Assembly (NCBI GenBank): GCA_001599295.1
Contig: BCGN01000006.1
Coordinates: forward strand, 930,001 to 994,000
Length of the DNA stretch: 64,000 nt
Source of the DNA: Sporopachydermia quercuum
Lineage: Eukaryota
Reading direction: 5' to 3'
Shown: positions 23,494 to 35,829 of the stretch, one piece after another
How the letters are laid out: every line of letters begins with the position of its first letter
Position numbering within the stretch: position 1 is the first letter of the stretch
Notes under the pieces: generated by a model
Told to the model about the DNA's origin: nothing
Seen by the model: the letters and a program-made list of their open reading frames with translations, nothing else
The model's database searches: none
Made by a program: the position numbers and the translations under genes

Positions 23494-26154
23494 TTATTTG
23501 CTTGGATACAACGTGATCGTCCTGCGACCAATGTTGATCTGCTGTGGATCAATGGATGTTTTATTCGCNATTGGTGATTTAAACTCATAGTCTTCTGGTA
23601 TCTTATTAACTTCATCAATCAATGAATCAAAACTTGAATCCGAGGATATCGTTTCCGAATATAAATCATGATCTAATGAATGAGGCAAATGATATATCTT
23701 TGGCACATGCAATCTTAATGGATGTTCTTTTGGTTCCTCTACTGGAGGCAATTCGATCTCCGACAATGCTTCTTCGGTGAATATTGTTCCATATCGTTTG
23801 TAATTTGTTCTCAGTCTGTTCAAACTTCTAGATCTAGTCGTTGAAGTACTTGCGTTCAATCGCAAAGAATCATCCAACTCGCGTCCTTCCTCATCTTCGT
23901 CTTCTTCAATGATTTCTGACAGATCATTACTTTTTGGGCATGTGTCGTTTTCATTCTTCAACGTAGAAAGAACAGGAGAAGCTGCAATTTCAGAATGAAC
24001 TTTACAGCTCGATAGCCGGTCGTTTACTCCATTAATTTTTTGCAATGGATCTTTCCGAATGGGACAACTTTCATCCTGCACTTGTAAGCAATCATTGCTG
24101 ATACTATCAATTTTATCAGCAGCGATTGCAATATCATTACAATTACCAGAATTTNCATTATCAACCTGACATTCNTCATCGTCGAAAGATATCTCATTAA
24201 ATTGTTCTACTAGATTGTCTGTTTCATGAATGAGCTTTAACTTATCAGTACTTTCAATCTCTGACACTTCATCCTGCGATTCACAGTAATCATCGCCTGC
24301 TGAATGATTGATATCCGTTATTTGGTTTATATCATTAACATCAATTTCTTCATATCTAGCATCAATACCTAGCTCTATTTCTTCAGTTATGTTCTTATTG
24401 TCAATTCCACTTTGATCCACAGTTTCTGCCTCCCACTGCCCATTGTTACTACTATNATTCTTACCACTTTCAATGAGATCCTNGATCTCATTTAAATTAA
24501 CATTCTCATCAACATCGCTAATTAGCTGGTCAAACTCATCTAGGTCATCATCGCCAAAATAATTATCATTGAATAAATGATCGACGTCCTCCTCAAACTC
24601 ATTGTCATAGTCAAATACATTATGTTCTTCCAGTAAATCGTCATCGCAGGGATTCAAATCAAACACATTTGTGATCTTTTTATTGCGTCTACCGCCACGA
24701 TACNATCCCTTATCATTAGTCGTGATTTCTGACGATTTCTTATAGTATTTAATTGAAGCATTTCTTCCTGACAGTTTATTTTGTTCGAAGGAAAAAACAG
24801 AAGAGCCTGATGCACCATCAGAATCAATGTCTGATGCGTAAATCGGTTCTTGTTCCTTTGCTTCTTGTTCTTCAAGTTTTGGATTCTGTTGAACAGGCGT
24901 TTGAGTATTTCTAGTTTTTGAGGTAGTACTATCAAAAGTGCCTGGAGTGGTGACTTCGACTTGGGCAGGTGTAAAAACAAGTGATTGTTTAAGCACAGGG
25001 GTTACCATTGAGTGCTCTGTTGAACCACTCAGGCTTTTCCTTGGGGAACTTTCGATACTTTGTCTTCGATCAGATCCCCATTCATGTGTACGGTTGCCAA
25101 TTATAGTCCCTGCTTCAGAAAACTCGTTATACTGTGGAAGTCTAGGTGACATGTTCAATGCAGATGGTATCTTCGCTATTGGGGTAAGACCCTGAGGAGA
25201 GGAAAGCAGAGGACAAGAGTCCTGATTAGCTACACTGAGAGGAGGTAATGNCAGGGACGGTAATGGAGGAGGAGGAGATGCAACTGACGGTCTCTTGAGC
25301 AGAGTGGAGAACGTTGGTAAAGAACTCTTCTTTTTCAAAAATAGATTCTTTGGGTTCAATTTCTTCAAAGAAGTGCTTGAAGATGATTTTTCCAGGGGTG
25401 ATGCTTGAGAATGTAAGGGAAGGGGTGATAATAATGATTCTTGCAGTAAAACAGGAGAACTCCCAGTAGATTGACTGGTCTGATGCCTGATTACATGGGG
25501 TTTTATTGGCGGTGCATCTAGATTAAGCACTTTTCCCGATTTTGTTTTACGAATCAATGACGATAAAGAAAGAGAAGGTGAATGTTTATGGTGATCTTTT
25601 TGAGTTGGTGTTGTTTTCGTTGCTTGGTGAGGAGACGTTGGTAAAGAAACACATACGACAGTATTGAGAGATCTTGATCTTGAATGAGTTTTAGTGCTGC
25701 TCTTGTGGGACAGGGTAGATGTATATTCAGTATTGTTCTGAAGTTTCGGATCTACAATACTAGAAGGATCTGTAAATCTATTTGCTGTTTTGTTGAAACT
25801 GTAATTGGGAATGTGCTCTTTTGATTCAGTCAAACCTGTGCCATAGTTAGATATAATATCTTCAGAGGGAGATTGAATGTAACAGCTGTTGGTAGAAAGA
25901 TTTGAACTACCATGCATCACTCCTAATGATGACGTAGATGAACAAGAAGAGAATTGGTTCTCTGATGATAACAATGGAGACAAGCTATCTGTCTTACACA
26001 CAGACGTTTGCTGTGAGCTTGAACNGTTAATGTGAGAATTGGCTAAAGGCCTAAGATCCTTCTCAGATATTGTTTGGTGTGAGATACCCACTTCATCGAG
26101 TTCTTCCTTTGTTAACCAGTCGGAATTTGTTGCGCCTTTCGGAGATTTTGACAT
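23494..26154 (-). CDS. ZRG8: Zrg8-like low-complexity protein
   Basis: 886-codon ORF, Ser-rich then acidic; core SVFSFEQ...GRNASIKYYK and LIDEVNKIPEDY recalled as Zrg8-like; synteny with ARB1 and YER034W. The ORF is secure, the name less so. Confidence 0.6.
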   Translation of the reverse strand: MSKSPKGATNSDWLTKEELDEVGISHQTISEKDLRPLANSHINXSSSQQTSVCKTDSLSPLLSSENQFSSCSSTSSLGVMHGSSNLSTNSCYIQSPSEDIISNYGTGLTESKEHIPNYSFNKTANRFTDPSSIVDPKLQNNTEYTSTLSHKSSTKTHSRSRSLNTVVCVSLPTSPHQATKTTPTQKDHHKHSPSLSLSSLIRKTKSGKVLNLDAPPIKPHVIRHQTSQSTGSSPVLLQESLLSPLPLHSQASPLEKSSSSTSLKKLNPKNLFLKKKSSLPTFSTLLKRPSVASPPPPLPSLXLPPLSVANQDSCPLLSSPQGLTPIAKIPSALNMSPRLPQYNEFSEAGTIIGNRTHEWGSDRRQSIESSPRKSLSGSTEHSMVTPVLKQSLVFTPAQVEVTTPGTFDSTTSKTRNTQTPVQQNPKLEEQEAKEQEPIYASDIDSDGASGSSVFSFEQNKLSGRNASIKYYKKSSEITTNDKGXYRGGRRNKKITNVFDLNPCDDDLLEEHNVFDYDNEFEEDVDHLFNDNYFGDDDLDEFDQLISDVDENVNLNEIXDLIESGKNXSSNNGQWEAETVDQSGIDNKNITEEIELGIDARYEEIDVNDINQITDINHSAGDDYCESQDEVSEIESTDKLKLIHETDNLVEQFNEISFDDXECQVDNXNSGNCNDIAIAADKIDSISNDCLQVQDESCPIRKDPLQKINGVNDRLSSCKVHSEIAASPVLSTLKNENDTCPKSNDLSEIIEEDEDEEGRELDDSLRLNASTSTTRSRSLNRLRTNYKRYGTIFTEEALSEIELPPVEEPKEHPLRLHVPKIYHLPHSLDHDLYSETISSDSSFDSLIDEVNKIPEDYEFKSPXANKTSIDPQQINIGRRTITLYPSK

Positions 26155-29100
26155 TTGGACAATATTTAATTATTCCAGCTATTCAATTGTTTGTAATTGA
26201 AGATTTATCACACCAGACCAATCATAATATGAAGCATGCACAATACTATTAAACACCAGACCTTGACTACTGAGTTCTATTCACCTGGTAAGTCTTCATC
26301 AGATTCATATCAATCCTACTTTTCTTGTTTGATTTGCTACCGATTCTCTTAACCAAGTAACACTCTAATATCCAATGCTGTTTATTGTCAGATTCAAACC
26401 GAAGGGTTCCACAGTTGGCTGATATTCAATTTATCTATGTACCGACTGATGTAGTGACCTTTCTAGAACCAAACCGTCAACTTGCACCTTTGAAAAAAAC
26501 AAACCAATCTCAACGTTTTCTCTCCATAAATTAAATTTATTTCTCCTTTTACCCTAGACAGTTCTTCTTTTGCTTCTTCTTATTCTTGTTAATATAATCC
26601 AGTTGCGAATGACATAAGGACAAAGAGTATATCATCATGACTTCTGCCATTACCGCAGATTTATTCCTAGGCTAACGCAAATTCTAGATGATGGTCCAAA
26701 AACCATACTATTACCCTTTTCGTATAGTATTACTAAATTTGGCTGGTTCTCTTTGTGGCAGACAAGAAAAGACCCTTATGAATAAGTGAAGCTAAAAAAG
26801 TGAGAAAAACTATATTTTTGGTGAGCAAAAATGCTGGCTTCTAGTGGGATGGTTTGCTTACTTACTATATGTTTAATTATCATGATATATTTGAAGAATT
26901 GACTTTCGAAATGTAGTAAATATAGTTCATGAAAAGTTGAAATAGGTGAAGGCATACTGGTGAAAATAAGGTTTCTGTTCCTGAATTTCAATTGGGGATT
27001 ACATGTGATTAGCAAATGAAAGATTGCATAAAGTTGCTTATTAGGAGGCTGGAATGTGAGAAGTGGCACGATGAGCTGAGGTAGGATAAGGATGGTTAAA
27101 GAATCCATTTCAATAATTGCATTTGTGAAATTGGGATAGTTGAGGTAAAAGTTTGAGACCGAGAGATGCAACCACGAAGAATGAGGTAGTAGGTGGCATG
27201 GTTGGGAAGCAATTTTTGTTAAAGAAGGTTTAACAAGATTGAGGTAGATACAGTCTTAAGATTACTGCAAGAAGAATCAAATACAAAAATATCAGCACCA
27301 TTTTATATAAGAAATAACGTTGCTGAAACTGAAAGTGAATAACCTCCAACTATATGTTTGCCATAAAAATTCATAGAGTCAACTCTCTAATAATGTTGAT
27401 TCCTGCACGGAAGAAACCTTCAATGCAGGTTTTTGCAGTAACTATATTTGATGTCAAAAGTTTACTTATACGTGCATAATAATGCACAATGGAGTGCTCA
27501 CATTTCAATTAAACAAGACATTTTCATCTGTATGAAAGATTCATTTTGGAAGAATAAATTTATTTACTTCCCAGTAATATTTAATTTATAATGATCTCAA
27601 ACTATCGAGCTCTCATTCCTTCTATGGTTCGATCAATTACTCCTTTTGATCAGGACTCCTGAAATCTCTTGGAATGTAACGACCAGCATAATTGAATCTA
27701 CTTCTTCAAGCCTCAACCATCATGGTAATTTGCCAACCAATTTAAAAATTACCATGCTATCATGGTTCTTTGTATATAAATTATACTAATCAATCATTTG
27801 AGCCGCTGTAGTACTTCCTTTTCAAACTTTTCAAAATTGAAATAAAACTGTATATTCCATCTCTTCTTCCTTTGTTTTTCTCTTGCTTACTCACACTCCG
27901 CACCAGATCACAAGACTGATACTCTCTTTAACGAGCAAAAGGATCTAGCCTAACGACGGACTTACTACTCAAGTGCAATTGAACTACAACGACCCTCAAA
28001 AGGTGTTCCTGACAAACTATATTTGCCACAACATTGTCTGAAAGCCTTTTCAAGTGAAACCGCCTACCATTCCTTCTGGTCATCGTTTCGGTAAAACCGG
28101 ACATAAGAAAGCTTATTCTCTATATTGGTAAAGTTTCCACTGAAATCGTTCAATACTGGGCTCAAAAAAGTCAAAGCGAAGGTTCCACCCCGAAAGTTCA
28201 TTCCCCAGAGGATTAAATGATTACCCTTCTATTACTGAATATGGAAATCAAGGTGAAATCTTGCCAAGGTTGAATTGATGATATGTCATCGTAGATTCGA
28301 TTTATGGAAGATTACGAGAAAGAGAATTAATCTTAAACAATAGAGAATCCTTATCCTTTAACAATAACGGATTTTTTCAGCGATGGGTAACTAAATAGAA
28401 ATGCTCAAATTCCTTATGGAATATACTCAATTGAAAGAACAGATGCCAAATGGTATGTATATGTAGTAATACATATGATGTATATGACATATTTTCTACA
28501 AGAATAAGAAGTTTTGAACGATTGTTACAACTCATTTACTGTAATTGATCAAGACTTCAAACTTGGCGGATAGGCCAGGCACTTTTATATGGATAGTGTT
28601 AAATTGCAGATGACAGCGATTGTTAATTTATAACTGCTATAGTTGTCTCCAATAATATTCCTCGACTCATAAATCCATTATGCTTTGACACATGCTCATT
28701 CATAATAGTAACAACCAATAGTATATCTCCATATCGTATTTCTTAGGACAAACATCTGATCTCTTTAGGAAACAAATATCTGNTTATGGTTAATTCATTT
28801 CCCTTAAGACCCTTCATTTATTTGCCTCTGAAATATATCGCCGTCAAATATTTATACCAGCAAACTACTACTTGTAGGCCCTTGTTATGGTATACCATAA
28901 TAAACTTCAGCTCCTTTTATTCAAATGATAACTAACAATTAAGCACAACTATCATTCTCAACGTATTATATACCTTACAATGATAACCCATATCTAGACC
29001 CTACCATTAGATTAGCCTTACCACACATTCTACTAGATATGACAGCTCGGACCCATTTTAGTCATCAAAACTAACAAATGCAACCAGTTTTGCTTCCACA

Positions 29101-29277
29101 ATTATTGATCTCAAGTATTATTAATAAATATAATGAGATTTTTTTCTTGTTATTCATCTTCCTCCTACCAATAAAATTGCGTTGCGATTTATTTAGCAAA
29201 TATTTTTGTACCCAAATTACACTTTTGGGGTGAAGGGTTTTATCTTTGCCTGAAGCTAATTGCATGTATCTCCATTA

Positions 29278-29309
29278 ACACCGAGCACTCTATATTCGGT
29301 GCTCGGTGT
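29278..29309. repeat. Perfect 11-bp inverted repeat with 10-nt spacer
   Basis: ACACCGAGCAC-tctatattcg-GTGCTCGGTGT. Confidence 0.9.
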
Positions 29310-29750
29310 CGGTTGATTAGTTAACGCCGGGAATGTAATAACAGTTGAAAAAAAATATATGCATTTAATGGCAATATTCCTATCTTTTGTTTTGTTTTAT
29401 TTATTGATTTTAGTTTAATTAAAGGGGAAAAAGTATATACCTATATATAATGATTGTTCCTGATGTTGGTGGTTCTGTTAATGAACTTATTGAATACTAT
29501 ATGTTTGATTAGTTAGTAAAAGTGGTAGAAGTTATAAGATTTAGTCAAACGACCAAGAAAATATTAGTTGTAACCGAAATATATACTATAGATATATTCA
29601 AAGCTTATTTTAAAATACTTTGTGCTATACTTACCACTCGAGTGGTTATAGTACCTATATTGATATCTACAAATACACACATTTACAGTCTATGACTACG
29701 AATATGTTCAACAATCTATAGTAAAGGACTCAATCATTATACCGTTTACT

Positions 29751-30035
29751 ATGTTATCCATAAGGTCAATGAGTATCATGTCAAACTCACACGCTCAAAG
29801 TCAAAGTACAGCTTCACCTACTGCTATCACACCTTTACCTATATCAAGAGGATGGTCTGTTGGGTTCGATCCATTGGTGAATTCATACTACTATGTTAAT
29901 CTTACAACAGGAGAAATTCAATTTGATCATCCAGATGAAAGTGTTTATAAACCACAACCTAAGAAGAAGCCAAGAACCGTCAGGTTGCTAAGATCTCTTA
30001 GCTGGGGGAAGAAAAGTGGAAGTACAAAAGAATGA
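29751..30035 (+). CDS. Small WW-domain protein (94 aa or shorter)
   Basis: PLPISRGWSVGFDPLVNSYYYVNLTTGEIQFDHP is a WW fold with the second Trp replaced by Phe; TATA-like TATATATAA near 29442. Confidence 0.75.
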   Translation: MLSIRSMSIMSNSHAQSQSTASPTAITPLPISRGWSVGFDPLVNSYYYVNLTTGEIQFDHPDESVYKPQPKKKPRTVRLLRSLSWGKKSGSTKE

Positions 30036-30830
30036 GAAACCAAAATCAAAAATCAACAATGAAAAAAGCATTCCGCTGGGTCAGGTTTTAATGGGATTAT
30101 ATAGATATAGTAATGAGTTATGAATATGAGATCAATTTGAAAACGAAAAAGTTCAAGATTTAACAATACCTGTTTTATTATCAGNTGTATGTTGTAGATG
30201 AACGAAGGCTACATGATATGAAAGTTGTGGAATGGAATAGATTAACACTTGGATCACGAATTGAAATCTGCCGCAGCATCAGAAACAGGTTCAAACATAG
30301 TCCTGCCGCTGATATCTTGATACAGAAAGAAAGTTGACGGAAGACGAATCGCTAATAGATTGCTCAGCAGTAAGTAATACTGTAAGATTCGCGGTTCTTG
30401 AGCAAAAATGGAAAGTAGATAGCACAGGTTCAGTATTTAAATGGACCACAATAAATTATCTGCTGTCAACTAAAGAGTTAGAACCAATAGCATTAGTAAA
30501 AGTATCACTTCTTGCTCTGTTCGTGGTTGATAAATTTGATTCGTTTTCTGTTAGGTGATCTGCAGAAGCATTCTTCTTTCAGCTCATCGTATCAACTAGG
30601 AATCAAGCACGATCAATCCTATTATCAACTAGCTCGTAGGAGCACATTTCAAAAGATCAACCAAATCAGTAAATCTAGCCGGTATAACCACACAGAAGCA
30701 GAAAAACCAACAAAAATATTGCAGCCTTTATGCACCTTGCTTATAAGAATCCATAATAGCTTTATCCTTTTCCATCCAAATATCATTTTTTCGAACAGTC
30801 TATTCCCGTAATTATTAAGTAGCCAATTTT

Positions 30831-31184
30831 TTATTTGTCCTTTTTATCGTCTTCTGCCGTCTTATCATCTTTTCTATCTTTTCCCTCCGCAGGTTCGTCG
30901 GTTGGTTCATTCTTAGACGAGCCATTGACTTCTTCGACTACACCATTTGCTTTCTGTTCTTTTGCTTTCTCAAGCTCAATCTCGTTCACAAACCATGTAA
31001 CAGATGCCCATAGACAAACAGCAATCGAAAATAATGCCAGGAAATGTAAATTATGCGTAGCAATTAGTAGCCCTCCAAGAGTTATCAGTAATGCAGCAAA
31101 TGAAGCATGGGTGGCTTTCATCAATGCAGGTGTTGTCCCTGGTGTAAGAATAGATGTCCAGAGTTCCTCTACAAATGTTAACAT
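30831..31184 (-). CDS. PKR1: V-ATPase assembly factor Pkr1
   Basis: FVEELWTSILTPGTTPALMKATHASF, two TM helices, LWASVTWFVNE, C-terminal KKDK. Confidence 0.92.
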   Translation of the reverse strand: MLTFVEELWTSILTPGTTPALMKATHASFAALLITLGGLLIATHNLHFLALFSIAVCLWASVTWFVNEIELEKAKEQKANGVVEEVNGSSKNEPTDEPAEGKDRKDDKTAEDDKKDK

Positions 31185-31874
31185 TTTGAATACAGGAGTG
31201 GAATCGAGACTTAATAAATAATGTGACTCCTATTTCAAAAAAAAGCACTGATAATCAACAATGAATATTTGCATACTGCAAACTATTGTATAGAAGTTGA
31301 AATGAAAATTGTAGCTCAATTTTAACTAATAATCCGAGTTTTCAAGGTCTCACTTCATTACCTATTCAACCCAAATAATTAAAAGCTTACGTGATATATA
31401 ATATTTACTACAGGATACCTTGCAACCTTGCAACTAATTATATATGACACAGTCTTTCATCTTATATGATGAACATGTGCTTTCATCTTTGAATAGATAA
31501 GAAAAAAATCAAAATAAGCTACTTCATATAGTAACATTTTGATGTCTTTCAGTAGCATCAGCTCTCTCTGTTCTTTATATTCTGTTTATGATGAGGTTTT
31601 TCACGCTTGTGTAAGTGCTTCTCCACACTTTCACAAATAGCGGAAATAATTACCCCGATTTCAACGATAGACCGAAAATACCGGAAACGCTCAATAATGT
31701 TACATAGCGTGAGACCTGCTTTTTGGTTGAGAACCAGAGGATGCATAGAAAGAAAAGCGACAAGTACGCTGTTGAATAGACCGCTGAAGGAAAGAGAAAT
31801 TGTAATCAAATAGGCTAAACTATCGGAAGGAATTTTTTGAACTTGAAGAGGCTTTTACTTAGAAATCTTTCATA

Positions 31875-32301
31875 ATGAGTGGAAAGTTTCAACCAAAGGA
31901 ACGAGTTGAATTGGCTCCACCAATAGACGATCCTATTACTAGAGCTGAACTGCAATTGTGTGATGGTATGATGAAGTATTCTACTTAATTTTATTATTGT
32001 AGCCCTACGGCTAACACGATAAATAGGAATTCAATCGGCCAAAATTTATGTTGCTATTAAAGGTGTTGTGTTTGATGTAACTAATAAAGCCAGTAGTTAT
32101 GGACCTGGGAATTCATACCACGCTCTTACAGGTAGAGATGCCAGTAGGGCGTTAGGTAAATCAAGTTTGAGCCCAGAAGATACTGACTATACCGTTAGCT
32201 GGGACTATTCAACGCTTACAGAGAAAGAATTAAAGGTTTTAGAAGACTGGTTTACATACTTCTCAAACCGATACAATGTCGTAGGGAAGGTCGTTGATTA
32301 G
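31875..32301 (+). CDS. Small soluble cytochrome-b5-like heme/steroid-binding (MAPR) protein; exons 31875-31965 and 32027-32301; 121 aa
   Basis: Intron GTATGA...GGCTAAC...AATAG (31966-32026). Product MSGKFQPKERVELAPP...ELQLCDG...IYVAIKGVVFDV...YGPGNSY...GRDASRALGK...W..YF..RY.VVG. Confidence 0.88.
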
Positions 32302-32655
32302 CTAATATTGGCTATGNCCTCAATGGACTTTGAACAATAGATTAATTGGTACAACAAGATTGTGCCGTGAAGTATTAACGAAACTCGATTGCGATGATGA
32401 TTTATATGGAAACATCTATTAACTAGAGTTGCAAATAATTAATAATGAAAAAATTTATGTTAAACATTTGTATTTCCTTCATAATATCTACATTTTTTCT
32501 AAAACAATGAGACTGAACATAATTCAACTATCAAGTAATGTCTAATGCCGTTCTCTGAATTCTTATGTTTCAGCAGGAATAAAACCAACGTATGGTTCAA
32601 TGTATGGCAATATTCATCTTTTCAACAACTGTCTTATTTTAGAAAGAAAACTATT

Positions 32656-33343
32656 CTATAAATAAGTCATTCTATCGATCAAATGTTTCACCAACATTTT
32701 GGCAGTTGAAGTGGTGCGTTCTTATTAGGATATTTAAATGACGTTTGGAGGTTAATGTACTGCCTTAATACTTGCATAAAGATTTTAAACGTAGATTTCT
32801 ACCAAATATACAAGTTAGGAGAAGCATTCAAGCAGATAACCATGTAAACAAGATTAGTCAATAAACAACAAAGGACATTTCCAATTCTTTCGCATCTATA
32901 AACTTCACATATTCAATATATATCTGTTCAAGATATCTCACTTCAACTAGAACTTTCAACGACTGAATCACCACAACTATCTCATGAGAACTTATTTTAA
33001 CGAACTTAAATTATGTTTAGTACGCGTTCCTTGAGCTCTATTATACCTTCAGTGTCTTCAGTACTACATTTTCACCAGATTTCATCACAAATTCATCATC
33101 TATAAGCCCTTAAAATTTAATAATTACCTATCTTCATACTAAAAATTAACCTCTATTATAATCTCAGCATCCATTCATTTTAATTTTAGAGCTTTTTTAC
33201 AGCCCAGACCTGTCTATTACTTCTTGCTAAATCCATTATGTCTTTAAACTATAATGCACAATTCCTGCACAGTATATTCCAATTAAAATAGTGCATACTC
33301 CCGCATAGCCTTGCATCCCTTCAGCATCCAGTTTTATTTATAG
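32656..33343. promoter_or_regulatory. Two Rlm1-type MADS sites upstream of SLT2
   Basis: CTATAAATAA at 32656-32665 and its reverse complement TTATTTATAG at 33334-33343 fit YTA(W)4TAG. AT-rich motif, so a chance match is possible. Confidence 0.4.
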
Positions 33344-34138
33344 CACAACAGCTAATCCGTCACCATCAAACCCAGCTATGTTACTTGTTCAACCTTCGTG
33401 ATAATAAAACAGAGTCCTCGTTTGGCTTCTTATCAATTAGATATCGGGCTATGTTTCAAGCTTAATCACATAGCAAAGAATAAAAACAAGAATAAAACAA
33501 AAGCAATATAAGTAAACTTGTACATTAGAAACAGCAAACTAAGGGTAATAGTCAATTCATCTGCACTAATCGCCTTTTCCGCTTGATTGATGAAATTTCC
33601 TTTTGTTGGTTTGCTATACGAATAACGCTTTAAGTAGGAACTGAACTCCTACTTTAAGTAGAGTCGTATTATTCTGTATTACGAGACGAATATACTCTCA
33701 CAAATATTAAAAATTGTATCATATTTTTCGCATTATTACTTGTTATACCCTCTAGTATACAGTTGATAACTTAACAGAAGTATAACATAGGAGAAACAGA
33801 AGCACAAGCACATCGTGTAATAGGAGCTCGATTCATACGTTGTACAACACAATAAATACAACAATAGAATTAATATTGGAAGATATATCAATCATTATAA
33901 ATAAAATCAACTCCTATTGATAGTTAGATCATTTGACTGAAGTTACTATTGTTGGTATTAATTGGCCTAATTGATATAGTTACTACTGATTGACTATTGG
34001 GTTGTAATCATATTAATTCATAACTATAGAACTCCGTTCAATTGATTCATCTTCCGGTCATTGTCTCATTTCAAAAACACAACACAACACAACATTAGGC
34101 AAGATAACTTTTTATATAATTCATCACATCTACTGAAA

Positions 34139-35829
34139 ATGGAGAGTTTGTTTTTAGGTCCCCCAAGGAAGACCTACAGGTAAGTTCAGCTTTTCACTCC
34201 AGTATATACTCCGGTGGCATTGTTATAATTAGAGAAACAGAATCTCTCGTTTACAATCATAGACTATTGAGTCATTGTTACTGTATTCCTTTACTAACAG
34301 AAAACACAACATACAGAGTTTTCCATCAAGATTTCACAATTGACAAAAGATTCAACATTCTAAAAGAAGTTGGTCATGGTGCCTATGGAATCGTTGTAGC
34401 AGCAAAATACACTGAAACCCCTGACGGTAACTCAGTTGCTATCAAAAAAGTTACCAATATCTTCTCAAAGAAAATATTATGCAAAAGAGCTTTGAGAGAA
34501 ATAAAACTTTTGAGACATCTTAGAGGCCATAAAAATATAACATGTCTTTACGACTTGGATATCGTTAATCCTGTTAATTTCAACGAAATTTATCTATATG
34601 AAGAATTGATGCAATGTGACATGCATCAAATTATTCGTTCTGGTCAACCTTTAACTGATGCTCATTGCCAATCATTCATTTACCAAATACTTTGTGGATT
34701 GAAGTATATTCACTCAGCAGATGTTTTACACAGAGATTTGAAGCCCGGTAATTTATTACTGAATGCTGACTGTGAATTGAAAGTGTGTGATTTTGGTTTA
34801 GCAAGAGGATATTCAGACATCCCTGAGCGTAATGCAGGTTATTTAACTGAATATGTTGCCACAAGATGGTATAGAGCTCCAGAAATTATGCTGAGCTTCC
34901 AAAGTTATACGAAAGCTATTGATATGTGGTCAGTAGGATGTATTCTTGCTGAATTATTAGGCAAGAAACCCATTTTCCATGGTAGAGATTATGTCGATCA
35001 ATTGAATCAAATATTGAAAATTCTTGGTACTCCTGATGATGAGACAATTTCAAGAGTTGGCTCACCAAAAGCTCAGGAGTATTTAAGGTCTCTTCCTTAT
35101 ATGCCAAAGATACCATTTAATGTTTTATTCCCTGATGCAAATCCTGAAGCACTTGATCTACTAGAAAAAATGTTATCCTTTGACCCATCTAAACGAATAA
35201 ATGTACTCGACGCTTTACAACATCCTTATTTGAGAATATGGCATGATCCAAATGATGAACCCGAATGCCCCGAACCTTTTGACTTTTCTTTTGAGGAGGT
35301 CGATGATATGGAAACAATGAAACAGATGATAATCGATGAAGTGATCTCCTTCAGAGAGTTAGTGAGACAACCACCTGATCAAACATCGACTGGACCGACA
35401 CAGGATAATGAAAATGATATACAAACCGAAGCTCAAGCACAGGCCGAGGACCAAGCCCGTGCTCAGTCCCAAGAAACTCAGCAATCACGTTCTGACGATG
35501 ATGACAACAATATCACTTCGTATGCTATTGATGAAGACGTTCCTCCCGATGTTGATATGATGGGCAATAATGATGGATTATTGTCGATGAACATGAACGT
35601 CCATAATATGAATATGAGCATGAACCATTCAATTTCACCCAATAGTGCTACTCTTCAGGGAACACTTTCAGCTCAGATTCCAACCGTTAGAAATGAAGCT
35701 GCAGACGAATTTTTACCTCCAAGGCCTCAAGAAGCTACTGTGGAAGATTATGGTGGAGAAGAGCTTTTGAATGTGTATGATATTGATTTAGAAAGAGAGT
35801 TGGAGTTTGGATTAGATGGTCAAAGATGA
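34139..35829 (+). CDS. SLT2: Cell-wall-integrity MAP kinase; exons 34139-34179 and 34317-35829; 517 aa
   Basis: Intron GTAAGT...TACTAAC...ATACAG (34180-34316) gives [31 protein letters not shown] motif (IFSKK here), [17 protein letters not shown]-terminal [12 protein letters not shown]. Confidence 0.95.

Noticed and set aside
26776..27171. 131-aa minus-strand ORF
   Set aside because: Non-ATG start, composition typical of AT-rich noncoding DNA, no motif; lies in the ZRG8-like upstream region.
29071..29265. 64-aa minus-strand ORF starting MQ and ending GCIC as a possible a-factor pheromone
   Set aside because: No CAAX terminus, too long, and no a-factor-like mature peptide.
34267..34316. Track start of SLT2 (MSHCYC...)
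   Set aside because: It is a TTG inside the intron and spans the TACTAAC branch point.
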